Shown here: positions 1 to 8,396 of the stretch, in pieces
How the letters are laid out: the number at the start of each line of letters is the position of its first letter
How positions within the stretch are numbered: the stretch's first letter is position 1
Source of the DNA: a virus
Virus record (IMG/VR): IMGVR_UViG_3300028908_000005
Span: 27,977-91,976 of that record
Length of the DNA stretch: 64,000 bases
Direction: 5' to 3' (one strand)
Notes under the pieces: generated by a model
Told to the model about the DNA's origin: nothing
Database searches by the model: none
The model's input: only the letters and a program-made list of their open reading frames with translations
Made by a program: the position numbers and the translations under genes

Positions 1-647
1 CGACGAACACGCAGCGACCGTATGTTGTACCGCAATGCGTCGGACATGGACTTAGGGTCCAAACCCATATACGCCATCAACTTACTGTCGCGATTCGGAC
101 GCAAAAGATCGATAAACCAACGAGGATCTACGATCTCTGCCAAAACTTTAGCTAACGCGAAACTGTCGTGCGGCACAAAAGAAACCGGCAAATACGCCGG
201 ATGTGCGTACAACAAACGCTGCTTCTGCGACACGAACTCGTCATAACGACAGTTACGCATACCAATGATCAAACTGTAAACTGCGTAATCATCCAGACTA
301 ACTTCATGAAATCCCCCTTGTGACGGTGCCAGCCGACAATAGTCCATCTCACGCAAAACAATCTCCGGATGCTTGCGATATCGCTTCGGTATCTGCAAAT
401 CCGGATTGCAAACCTGCAAGGACTTGAATTGGCGCCGCTCCCGAGCCACGAATAGCTCGCAAATCATAGCTGCGTTATCCGCTGCACCGACAAGCTGTAT
501 CGTCTCGTAACCGTCGATGTGACGGTCAACGAACTCCGGGATTGTCGCAGTAATAGACACAGCCCGACGCCCCGGCTGCGCTATCCAAATACGCCGCGAC
601 GACGATCCGAACGGGTCTACGTAGACTTTAAGCTTATCGTGTGACAT
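1..647 (-). CDS. Hypothetical protein, truncated by the window edge, with an IS110 transposase C-terminal-like motif
   Basis: Absent from the ORF track because it runs off the edge. Manual translation from ATG 647 is open to base 1: MSHDKLKVYVDPFG...LAKVLAEIVDPRWFIDLLRPNRDSKLMAYMGLDPKSM. It starts 5 nt after the SbcC stop. Confidence 0.6.
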   Translation of the reverse strand, partial: MSHDKLKVYVDPFGSSSRRIWIAQPGRRAVSITATIPEFVDRHIDGYETIQLVGAADNAAMICELFVARERRQFKSLQVCNPDLQIPKRYRKHPEIVLREMDYCRLAPSQGGFHEVSLDDYAVYSLIIGMRNCRYDEFVSQKQRLLYAHPAYLPVSFVPHDSFALAKVLAEIVDPRWFIDLLRPNRDSKLMAYMGLDPKSMSDALRYNIRSLRVR

Positions 648-652
648 TTAGG

Positions 653-2776
653 TTACACTTCCGAATAAACTACGTTGTCGAACAAGTAAGATAATCGCGG
701 ATCGTGCGTTACGAACAACAATTGCAACCCGTTAGTCGACGCAAGTTTCCGCAGCTGTTTCAACGCATCGGGCAAGCGGGCTAAGTGCTGCTCGTCCAAA
801 TACGCCTGCGCCTCGTCGAGCACCAAAACATCACTGCCAATAAACAGTGTATTCAATGCAATGCGCAACGCAAAAGCCAAAACGACGCGCTGCCCAACGG
901 ACAACCGCCGATCCGGTATCCGACGCCCATCAGCGAACAAAGCCGTGAAGCCTAAATCTTCAGTCGGCTCAACGCGGAACGGCGCATCGAAAATCTCCAA
1001 AGTCTCGTTGATATCTCCCAATAACCGTTCCATGTAGGTGTACGTCACAACCCGCTGCAACTCGTCGCGGTGGAAAATGCGTCGCAACTTCGTCATATGC
1101 TCCAAAGCTGCTTTAACACGCTCACGTTTCGCGATTTGCGCGTCAGCACGTTGCAACACACCTTCCATAACACCGAGCTGCCGCCTCAAATCGGTTAAAC
1201 TGTCAGTCAAAACGCGGATATTCGCTTCGATCTCGCTCTGGTCTCGTAACTGCGATTCCATCGCCTCCACGTCGTCACTGACTTCGATCGCATAGGCTTC
1301 GGCCAGCTTGCGGCTCGCCATTTCCTCTTCGTCTTTGATATTCGCTCGCGTCGACTCGTACTCGGTCTTCACTTTCGTCTGCGCCACCAACGTCTCGGAA
1401 ACACGCAAACCAGCTCGCTGCAATTGCTCACGACCGCGCCGCAGCTTGTTCAACTCTTCCTCGTCAGGCGGATCGCCCAACTTCGCCACAGCCTCGTCCA
1501 GCCGCTCCTGCAAGCGCCGCAACCGTTGCAAGCTTTCGTTGTATGACTTGAGCCGCTGCTCATAGTCGTGATACTGCTCGTACCTGGCCTTAACGTCGGC
1601 AGCCGCAGCTTCCAACTGCGCAATCTCTTGCTGCAAAGACGCCGATAGCGTTTGCTTGTCGACCGGCTGCCCGCATGTCGGGCAGTTCGCTTCATCGACT
1701 TGCTGCAGCTTGGCCAATCTGGCACGCGCATGTTCCAGCTGCGACGTCAACGAAGCGAACTCGCCGTACAATTCGCGCACTCTGTCGGGTGAATAGTCCA
1801 CAATCTCGGTCGTCGGCTCGCTTATGGTCGACGCCAACGTAATGACCGCCTGCTCCAACGACGCAACTTCATTCGCCCGCTCAGTGTAAAGCTGGGCCGC
1901 CGCGTTGAGCTCGGATAAACGCTCTTCGACATCGCCGTACTCTGCCAACAATTGATCGAACGCACGTTTAGCTTCGTCGTGCTCGGCGACAGCTTCGGCT
2001 AACGCTACAGCCAACTCGCCAAACCGCTCCGTCTTGGGCAATACCGCGTCAATACGTCGCTGCGCCTCGGCATACAATTGCTGCTGGCGGTCGCGCGCAG
2101 CAATCTGCCTACGGTACTCAGCCACCGTCTCGGGCGATAAACGGACGGCTTCGAGTCGAGACAATTCGGCCTCGTACTTATCGCGCTTCGCAAACATCTC
2201 GGCCAACGTCGACCTGACTTGCTCGATATCGTCAGGATACGGCGGAATCTCGACACGACTCGTTGCCGTCATAATTGCCTGCCAGATCCGCTCCGCCGTG
2301 TCCGTCCCAAAGAGCCGCGCCAGCTCCTTGGCGCGATCAGCCGGGCGCAGCTCCAACCACGCTGTAATCTGCTGCTGGCGCACGAAAATGTGCTCCTGCA
2401 GATAGCGCCGCGAAATGCCCAACCGCCTTTCGATCTCTTCGTTGACCTCGACGATCGTACGCCCGTAACGCTCGCCGTTGACCGTCAGTAACACTTTGTT
2501 CGGCCGCAAACCGCGATAGACCTCAATCGTGTCGCCGCGATGCTCCAGCGTTAATCGCACATACGCTCGGCTGCCTTCGGGTGCTCCTTGGCGTATGTCG
2601 TCGGCCTTCGTACCAGTGCCGCCAGCATCCCCGGTCAATGCGTAAAGCATCGCCCGAATCATGTTCGATTTGCCGGAGCCGTTCGGGCCGGCAATCAAGT
2701 TGAAATGCGGACTGAACTCGACCGTACGGTCGTCATACTGGCAAAAGTTCACCAGTTCAAGTTTCTGAAGTTTCAC
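653..2776 (-). CDS. sbcC: SbcC/Rad50-like SMC ATPase
   Basis: Probable GTG start at 2776 (VKLQKLELVNF). Walker A GPNGSGKS, long coiled coil with Zn hook CPTCGQ, signature LSVGQ, Walker B/D-loop VLVLDEAQAYLD, H-loop VTHD. Confidence 0.92.
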   Translation of the reverse strand: MKLQKLELVNFCQYDDRTVEFSPHFNLIAGPNGSGKSNMIRAMLYALTGDAGGTGTKADDIRQGAPEGSRAYVRLTLEHRGDTIEVYRGLRPNKVLLTVNGERYGRTIVEVNEEIERRLGISRRYLQEHIFVRQQQITAWLELRPADRAKELARLFGTDTAERIWQAIMTATSRVEIPPYPDDIEQVRSTLAEMFAKRDKYEAELSRLEAVRLSPETVAEYRRQIAARDRQQQLYAEAQRRIDAVLPKTERFGELAVALAEAVAEHDEAKRAFDQLLAEYGDVEERLSELNAAAQLYTERANEVASLEQAVITLASTISEPTTEIVDYSPDRVRELYGEFASLTSQLEHARARLAKLQQVDEANCPTCGQPVDKQTLSASLQQEIAQLEAAAADVKARYEQYHDYEQRLKSYNESLQRLRRLQERLDEAVAKLGDPPDEEELNKLRRGREQLQRAGLRVSETLVAQTKVKTEYESTRANIKDEEEMASRKLAEAYAIEVSDDVEAMESQLRDQSEIEANIRVLTDSLTDLRRQLGVMEGVLQRADAQIAKRERVKAALEHMTKLRRIFHRDELQRVVTYTYMERLLGDINETLEIFDAPFRVEPTEDLGFTALFADGRRIPDRRLSVGQRVVLAFALRIALNTLFIGSDVLVLDEAQAYLDEQHLARLPDALKQLRKLASTNGLQLLFVTHDPRLSYLFDNVVYSEV

Positions 2777-3878
2777 CAACGAGCTCCTCGAAAATAGCCT
2801 TCGCTTCGGTAACAGGATCAGCCGCACGGACCAACCTGACAGCATTCTGGTAAACCGCTTCGTCGTCCCGATAAAGCTCGGCAAGCCCGCGCAACAGCGC
2901 TTCTTTACCGCCGCCGGCGACGATGTGATCGCGCTTATCCTTCGGAATGGCAACTGCAGGGCCCTGCTCCGGCGGCGACACGCTGATAAACAAATGCACC
3001 GAATCGCCCGCCCGCCGCCGAATGAGTTCGACTGCGTCAGGAATATCCGCACGCACCTGAACCCAAACGATGTTCTTCTCGATCTCCGGCGGTACGTGCG
3101 GCTGCGGCTGCGACACTTGCGACTCGTCCCAACGAGCCAACAAGCTGTCCAAGTCGGCTTCGCTGTTGACGTACCACATGAAACACTGCCGCTCCAATAG
3201 CCGCCGAGGCTCCACATGCAAGTCGTCGTACAGAAGATAAACCCGCTTCGGTGCGTTCTCGTTGATCTTCTGCCGACACAACGGACCAGGCGACACGAAA
3301 GGCAAGCATTTGCTGCCAAACTCGCGATACATCCCGCAGTGGAAATCGCCGGATACGATCAAACGATGCTCCTGGCAAGCATCCAACCAGACGTCGCCCA
3401 AGACATCGCCCATCAGATCCTTCCAAACCTGATGCGTGACGAATACGTCAGCCGCCGCAACCTTCCCGACAGCCTCGACGACTTCGCTCGGATGCTGATA
3501 ATCCAAACCGGCAAACGCCAGATTGCCGACCTCGATCGGCGTATCGGTAAGATGCGTTGCCGCATGCGAAAGTGTCGAAATAATCGGCGGTTGCGAAAGT
3601 TCGTGCTGGCCTTGGACGTACAACACGCGACAGCTCGCCGCATCAGCCGCTGACAAGAATCGCTGCATCGTCGCCAAAGCAGTCGATCGTTGCAACTTTT
3701 CGTTGAATATGTCGCCGGCAAGCACCACGGCTCGCGGGGACAGCTGTTCCACGATATTCGCTACTTGACGGATGCCGTAGTCGATATCGCCAACCAAATC
3801 GGGGTGGTCAGCCCAAATGTACGGCATGCGGCGGATATGCCAGTCAGCCGTCAAAACTGCGATAAGCTCGTGTGACAC
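2757..3878 (-). CDS. sbcD: SbcD/Mre11-like metallophosphoesterase nuclease
   Basis: Motifs TADWH, LAGDIFN, QGQHE, VTHQ, SGDFH; overlaps the sbcC start. Confidence 0.88.
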   Translation of the reverse strand: MSHELIAVLTADWHIRRMPYIWADHPDLVGDIDYGIRQVANIVEQLSPRAVVLAGDIFNEKLQRSTALATMQRFLSAADAASCRVLYVQGQHELSQPPIISTLSHAATHLTDTPIEVGNLAFAGLDYQHPSEVVEAVGKVAAADVFVTHQVWKDLMGDVLGDVWLDACQEHRLIVSGDFHCGMYREFGSKCLPFVSPGPLCRQKINENAPKRVYLLYDDLHVEPRRLLERQCFMWYVNSEADLDSLLARWDESQVSQPQPHVPPEIEKNIVWVQVRADIPDAVELIRRRAGDSVHLFISVSPPEQGPAVAIPKDKRDHIVAGGGKEALLRGLAELYRDDEAVYQNAVRLVRAADPVTEAKAIFEELVGETSET

Positions 3879-4246
3879 TAAATATCCCTCCGTTCAAGAA
3901 GCTTGTTGAACTGATCGACCGTCAACGGCGGCGCGTCCAGTTGCCGATGACTGTAAAGTTGCACGCCAAAGTTATAAACTGCGTCCTTTTCGGCTTGAGT
4001 CGAAATACCCATGCTTTCATAAAGACCAGGCGGTACCGCCAGCCGGTGCGTACCGTCACGAACCTGCGACACCAGCGACTCTTTGAAATCGAGCCATAGC
4101 TCGTTGAGCTGCCGCCCATGTCGCATAGCCAACGAAAACTGCAACGTGCCGGCCTCAGCGCCGTACCAGGCAACCGCATCGGCAGCAGCTGCAAGTTCGC
4201 GCTGCAGTGTCTCACGGTAAAGCGATGCAAACAGTCTCGCACTCAT
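3878..4246 (-). CDS. Hypothetical protein
   Basis: ATG 4246 overlaps the upstream stop; fills the gap in an operon. Confidence 0.65.
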   Translation of the reverse strand: MSARLFASLYRETLQRELAAAADAVAWYGAEAGTLQFSLAMRHGRQLNELWLDFKESLVSQVRDGTHRLAVPPGLYESMGISTQAEKDAVYNFGVQLYSHRQLDAPPLTVDQFNKLLERRDI

Positions 4247-5610
4247 AGATCGATCTCCTTTATGCGAGCAACAAGTTCCGTTGTACTGCACGATACGGGC
4301 GGCTTCGGCGCTATACTGCAGAAATCGCCGCCGCAGGCCGCCACCGTGCTCCCTTCCGGTATCCCCGTCGGCGTATACCCCGGCCCTTTGAAGTACAGCC
4401 GCGGCTTGAGTTGCCGCAATATCTGCTGCGCAGTACGGCTGCTAAACGACGTCACCGCCGCCACGCTCTCCAACGCCGCTAACGAGAACATCCGCTGCTG
4501 GAGCGGAATGATCGGTCGCGAATAACCCTTGTTCTCCCGCGCTGACGCATCGTCGTTCACCAACACGAACGCCGGTGACATATAGCGATTTCTCGCCTCT
4601 GTCAACAAGGCGATATGCCCCACATGCATCAAGTCGAAAACGCCGTTGGTCGTCGGAAACACCTTGGCCAGCTGCGGCCCGAACGTCAGCGACAATTTCG
4701 GGGACAGAATCTTGCGCTGGATATCGCCAGCAATGTACTCGCCCCAGGCATCGAATAGCGATATCGGACACGGACCCACGTTGTCACAAGCTGCCGTCGC
4801 TGCAGCCGACGCGAACTCCAAGGCGGTCTTTGGCTCTAGTCCAAACAACTCAGCCATCACGTACGACGCTGTCAGCACGTCGCCGGCACCGACGGAATCG
4901 CATACCTGCCGTTGCCTGGTCAGCACGCTCTGCCCGTCGGAAGTAATCGCGCCGCGCGGACTCGTGATGATCAGCCGCTCCGTATTGAGCTGGTAGGCCA
5001 AAGTCTCCGTATCCTCAACACCCAACCGCAGTTGCATCACCGCCGCTTCGTCGCTATTCGGGAATATCGCCGTCGAGGGCGGATAGCGATGGAAATCGCC
5101 TTTGCTGTGCGGATCGATGTAGATTGGCGTCGTCACACCGCGAAATGCCACCGCTGCCGCCCCTACGGCGTCACCGCCGTAATCGGCCAGCACGATTGCG
5201 TCGTAAGCGTACGCGCCCAGCAAATACTCCACCTCATGCCGCAACTCACCTAACGCCGTCGCCGGCAACGCGTGATACTCCCGCGGCGTTATGTCGTGGC
5301 GAGCCAGCAAAGCGCCGTCGCGAGAATAGTATCGCCGGCGGATACGAGGTGGCCGCCGATGCGATATCGCAACGCTCACACCTTCGCCCGGTGCGTACTT
5401 GAGTCGCTCGAAGCAAACCAAGTCGACGTCGGCGCCGTACTTGCCGAGCTGCCGCGCAATCAGCGCCGCACCGCCATATCGGACATCATTCGGGGTCGTC
5501 GATATCTGATACACGGGGATCGGTGTCGTCTGGTCGACTCGGTCGCACTTGATATCGTACCGCTCGTCCGCAACGACATCACCGACCACCAGAATCTTGA
5601 AGTTCGCCAT
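4243..5610 (-). CDS. hldE: HldE/RfaE-like bifunctional heptose kinase / nucleotidyltransferase
   Basis: N-terminal PfkB kinase (ILVVGDVVADE, GGAA, LADY, DSVGAGD) fused to a cytidylyltransferase domain (TNGVFDLMHVGH, NDDAS...KG.SRPI, YFKG). Confidence 0.85.
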   Translation of the reverse strand: MANFKILVVGDVVADERYDIKCDRVDQTTPIPVYQISTTPNDVRYGGAALIARQLGKYGADVDLVCFERLKYAPGEGVSVAISHRRPPRIRRRYYSRDGALLARHDITPREYHALPATALGELRHEVEYLLGAYAYDAIVLADYGGDAVGAAAVAFRGVTTPIYIDPHSKGDFHRYPPSTAIFPNSDEAAVMQLRLGVEDTETLAYQLNTERLIITSPRGAITSDGQSVLTRQRQVCDSVGAGDVLTASYVMAELFGLEPKTALEFASAAATAACDNVGPCPISLFDAWGEYIAGDIQRKILSPKLSLTFGPQLAKVFPTTNGVFDLMHVGHIALLTEARNRYMSPAFVLVNDDASARENKGYSRPIIPLQQRMFSLAALESVAAVTSFSSRTAQQILRQLKPRLYFKGPGYTPTGIPEGSTVAACGGDFCSIAPKPPVSCSTTELVARIKEIDL

Positions 5611-5962
5611 TCTGCTGCTCCAACGAGAATATGAGCCGCCCATCGCCGTCTATCACGACAGGCTCGGAAAGATCGACGTGCGGCCGTACGCACGATGCTA
5701 GAAATTTGCCGTCCCGGTGCCACTGTATGTCCAGCCACGGGCCGTGCCTGGAATCGTACAGATACAAGTACACGCGGTCGCTCGAATTAGGTAACCCGGC
5801 AAGCGTAAGCGTATACAGCAGCGAATCTTCTGTCGTCGCTCCTGCGGTCAAAGAAAGCAGCGATGCCAGCGAAGCATACAGCTCCGCTGGCACCACGTAA
5901 ACTGCCGCAATTACCCCAGGCTGCTGGTGCAGCGCTGCCGGCAAGATCGGTTCATTCGCCAT
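5579..5962 (-). CDS. Hypothetical protein
   Basis: Overlaps both neighbours in the operon. Confidence 0.55.
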   Translation of the reverse strand: MANEPILPAALHQQPGVIAAVYVVPAELYASLASLLSLTAGATTEDSLLYTLTLAGLPNSSDRVYLYLYDSRHGPWLDIQWHRDGKFLASCVRPHVDLSEPVVIDGDGRLIFSLEQQNGELQDSGGR

Positions 5963-6281
5963 AAGTGCCTTCGACGCCACGCGCTTCGCGGTCAGCAGTC
6001 CGCGCTGCGAGCGCTGTCAACGCCTTGCCGATGTAATCCACCGCCAACGCGTTTTCAGGACACGCCAAACGGCTCTCTTGATACAGTTCCAAGCGATCGA
6101 GCACCGCTTGCAACACGTCCTCGACGCGCGCTCCGTTCGGCTCGTCGCCGTCCTGGACCGGACCGCGCTGCCACGCGATCGTAAAACCGCAACCCCAACT
6201 ATGCCCGCCTTCGGGCAGCCCATCCTGCGTAAACCAATGATGTTGACCGCCTGCCGGCCGCTCAGCTACTGCACTTCCCAT
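5952..6281 (-). CDS. tad1: Tad1-family (Thoeris anti-defence) nucleotide-signal sponge
   Basis: IAWQRGP...NGARVEDVLQAVLDRLELYQ...CPENALA...RTADREARGVEGT follows the Tad1 pattern (FQKG...G...DLL...DRL..FQ.....RENA.A....EEAL.W...R..DR..R.V.GT); GGAGG RBS upstream. Confidence 0.75.
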   Translation of the reverse strand: MGSAVAERPAGGQHHWFTQDGLPEGGHSWGCGFTIAWQRGPVQDGDEPNGARVEDVLQAVLDRLELYQESRLACPENALAVDYIGKALTALAARTADREARGVEGTYGE

Positions 6282-6317
6282 AGCAAACCTCCAATAACAA
6301 GTATCCGGATACTGATT

Positions 6318-7142
6318 TCAGCGAAGCAGCTCACCGTATCGCTGCACACGCCGCGGAATGCTTCGGTAAATAATCGCTAGGATCGCCGCCGCATGCGGCG
6401 ACATCGCATCTGTAAGCCACGATTTCGGATACCGCGACATGTTGACCACGCCGAACGCGATCTGAAAATCGCTCTGTGGTATCTGCCGCGCTGGAAATTC
6501 CAACGGCGGCTGCCAATCAGCCGGCGCAAGCATCATGTACGAAAACCTCGTTACGACATGCGCTTGCCGTTCGGCAAAACCATTAACCCGCCGCAACACG
6601 ACGGTAAACCTGTTAGCGGCGGCCGGTACGTCTGCTGCCACAAGACGTCGAAATTTTCGCCGCAACGGTTTATAAGTCTCTTTCGCTATTTTGTCAAACT
6701 GGACCGTCGGCGCCGGCCCGTAAAGCTCGATCACATTGCTGCCGTCGGTACTGCCAAGGCTCAATGATCCATGAAACACACGCATATTCGTGCTGTTTTC
6801 CCAGACACGACGCATCGCGAAGAACAACCTGACCACGGATGCGCCGAAACAAAATGGGCAAATTGGGATGTTACATCGCGGACGGGCGCCACGGTAATAA
6901 ACACCAACCGGCGGACAGACCATCGCAAGCCGCATCCTCGGGCTCACCGGCAAACCGGTGCGCTCCATGTCGTACAAACGGCGACGCCACAGTTTCTGCA
7001 CCTGGAGAATCTTCTCGCAGCAATTCTTCTGCGTCATCCGACCAACCAAACGATCGAACACGGCGCGACGAGCAGTCCAGCTTGCCTGGTCATTGAACAT
7101 CGCTACCGGTTCCCAATTCGGGTTCCACTGCGGTTTCTCCAT
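6318..7142 (-). CDS. Hypothetical protein with Cys cluster (CNIPICPFC)
   Basis: ATG 7142 with GGAGA upstream; first gene after the non-coding gap. Confidence 0.7.
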   Translation of the reverse strand: MEKPQWNPNWEPVAMFNDQASWTARRAVFDRLVGRMTQKNCCEKILQVQKLWRRRLYDMERTGLPVSPRMRLAMVCPPVGVYYRGARPRCNIPICPFCFGASVVRLFFAMRRVWENSTNMRVFHGSLSLGSTDGSNVIELYGPAPTVQFDKIAKETYKPLRRKFRRLVAADVPAAANRFTVVLRRVNGFAERQAHVVTRFSYMMLAPADWQPPLEFPARQIPQSDFQIAFGVVNMSRYPKSWLTDAMSPHAAAILAIIYRSIPRRVQRYGELLR

Positions 7143-7390
7143 CTGATCTTCTCCGTAGTTTGCCGCCTGAGCTCCGTACGCGGCGGCTGAGACGCTGTAA
7201 CGGTACTTGAGGTGTTCTGAGTCATTCGGCGGCTCGAGGCTCTCAGAAGCCAAATATGAGCTTCAATAAACACCACCCAAAAGTATTACGGTTTAGTGGT
7301 CCTTCGCATTGGTGTCATAGACATCTGTACACTATGGCGGAACTGTCAAAATCGGCGAGTGGAATTGGCTGTAGTCCAGCATCTGTAGGC

Positions 7391-7477
7391 TAGAGCACCC
7401 GCGTGCAAAGTAAAAGCACGCGGGTGTGCTCTATCCTGGATTACTTAGTAACTTTTACTTTGTTACTAAGTAACCAG
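7391..7477. other. Twin inverted repeats with mutually complementary loops in an AT-rich intergenic region (possible origin or structured element)
   Basis: Hairpin 1 at 7391-7433 has loop AAAGTAAAA; hairpin 2 at 7436-7477 has loop TTTTACTTT. Confidence 0.7.
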
Positions 7478-7851
7478 CAGGTTACAGAAACCGCATGTGT
7501 TAATTTTTTACCTTGTTTTATAGGCTAAAGTCCACTTTAGAGGCCAATTTCGCCAATTTGTTGTCACAGCAAATTTTGATTTTACACAATAAAAACATAC
7601 CACCTCTGGGGTTTGAAACGACTAGCTGCGGAATTTTCCAATCGGGTGGTTTTTACCACCTTTGGATTGAGATTATGTTTCAATAGTCTCTCTCCCTGCC
7701 GCCGCCGAACTAAACGTATGACCTCAAAGGTTGTAGAAAACTCTGTCATTTTGACACACAATCTAGTAGACCTTGGTTGTGTGCTAACAATTTGTCACAC
7801 TTCTGCCGCCGAAATGCTTGCATTTGTGCGACCAAAAAAAGAATTATTTGA

Positions 7852-7887
7852 GCGCAAAAACAACGGCCTGAGTCGTAGCTCAGGCCG
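7852..7887 (-). terminator. Intrinsic terminator
   Basis: On the minus strand CGGCCTGAG-ctacga-CTCAGGCCG is followed by TTGTTTTT, just after the stop at 7908. Confidence 0.7.
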
Positions 7888-7907
7888 CCGTTTCGGTATC
7901 CGGATAC

Positions 7908-8327
7908 TTATTTCTTGGACTTCTTGCAGGAGTCGAGTTCTGGATACTTCGCGCACACTTTTGCTTTCACCTTCGCCGGATCAGAAGCGTACCGCCGATA
8001 AGCTAGCGCTGCGATAGCTCTTTTCTTCGTATCGATCGGGAAACTGCCACTCGGCTCATGTTTCTTACTTGGGAATACTTGTTTTGATTTCGGCAGCTTC
8101 TCCCGCCGTTCTTGTGTTATTTCGGAGTACTTCCGAAACATCTTCTCGTGCTTCGCTTTGAGCTTCCGCAGCTTCTTCCTTTTCGTTTCGGCAAACTCTG
8201 TCGCCACCGACGGTTTCACCTTCTTGGCCAGTTGTTTGACCTTCTTGCTTGGCGCTTCGATTTCGCCTTTCTGTACGGCATGGACCATGCCGAACAGCCG
8301 CTGCTGCGCCTTCGATTTAGCGGGCAT
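7908..8327 (-). CDS. Small Lys-rich protein, DUF3008-like N-terminus
   Basis: MPAKSKAQQRLFGMVHAVQKGE start typical of DUF3008-like phage proteins; AGGAGG RBS; C-terminal FPIDTKKRAIAALAY. Confidence 0.75.
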   Translation of the reverse strand: MPAKSKAQQRLFGMVHAVQKGEIEAPSKKVKQLAKKVKPSVATEFAETKRKKLRKLKAKHEKMFRKYSEITQERREKLPKSKQVFPSKKHEPSGSFPIDTKKRAIAALAYRRYASDPAKVKAKVCAKYPELDSCKKSKK

Positions 8328-8396
8328 AATGTTTAACCTCCTGATTGGTTTGTTGTCCAATCCGGATTATAACACTCTGCCGACATAGAAGAAAAT

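Noticed and set aside
2777-3319. N-terminal 181-aa extension of SbcC in the ORF track
   Set aside because: It overlaps sbcD in another frame, and SbcC homology begins at GTG 2776.
7613-8017. 134-aa plus-strand ORF
   Set aside because: It crosses a terminator and the end of a convincing opposite-strand gene, and has no recognisable motif.
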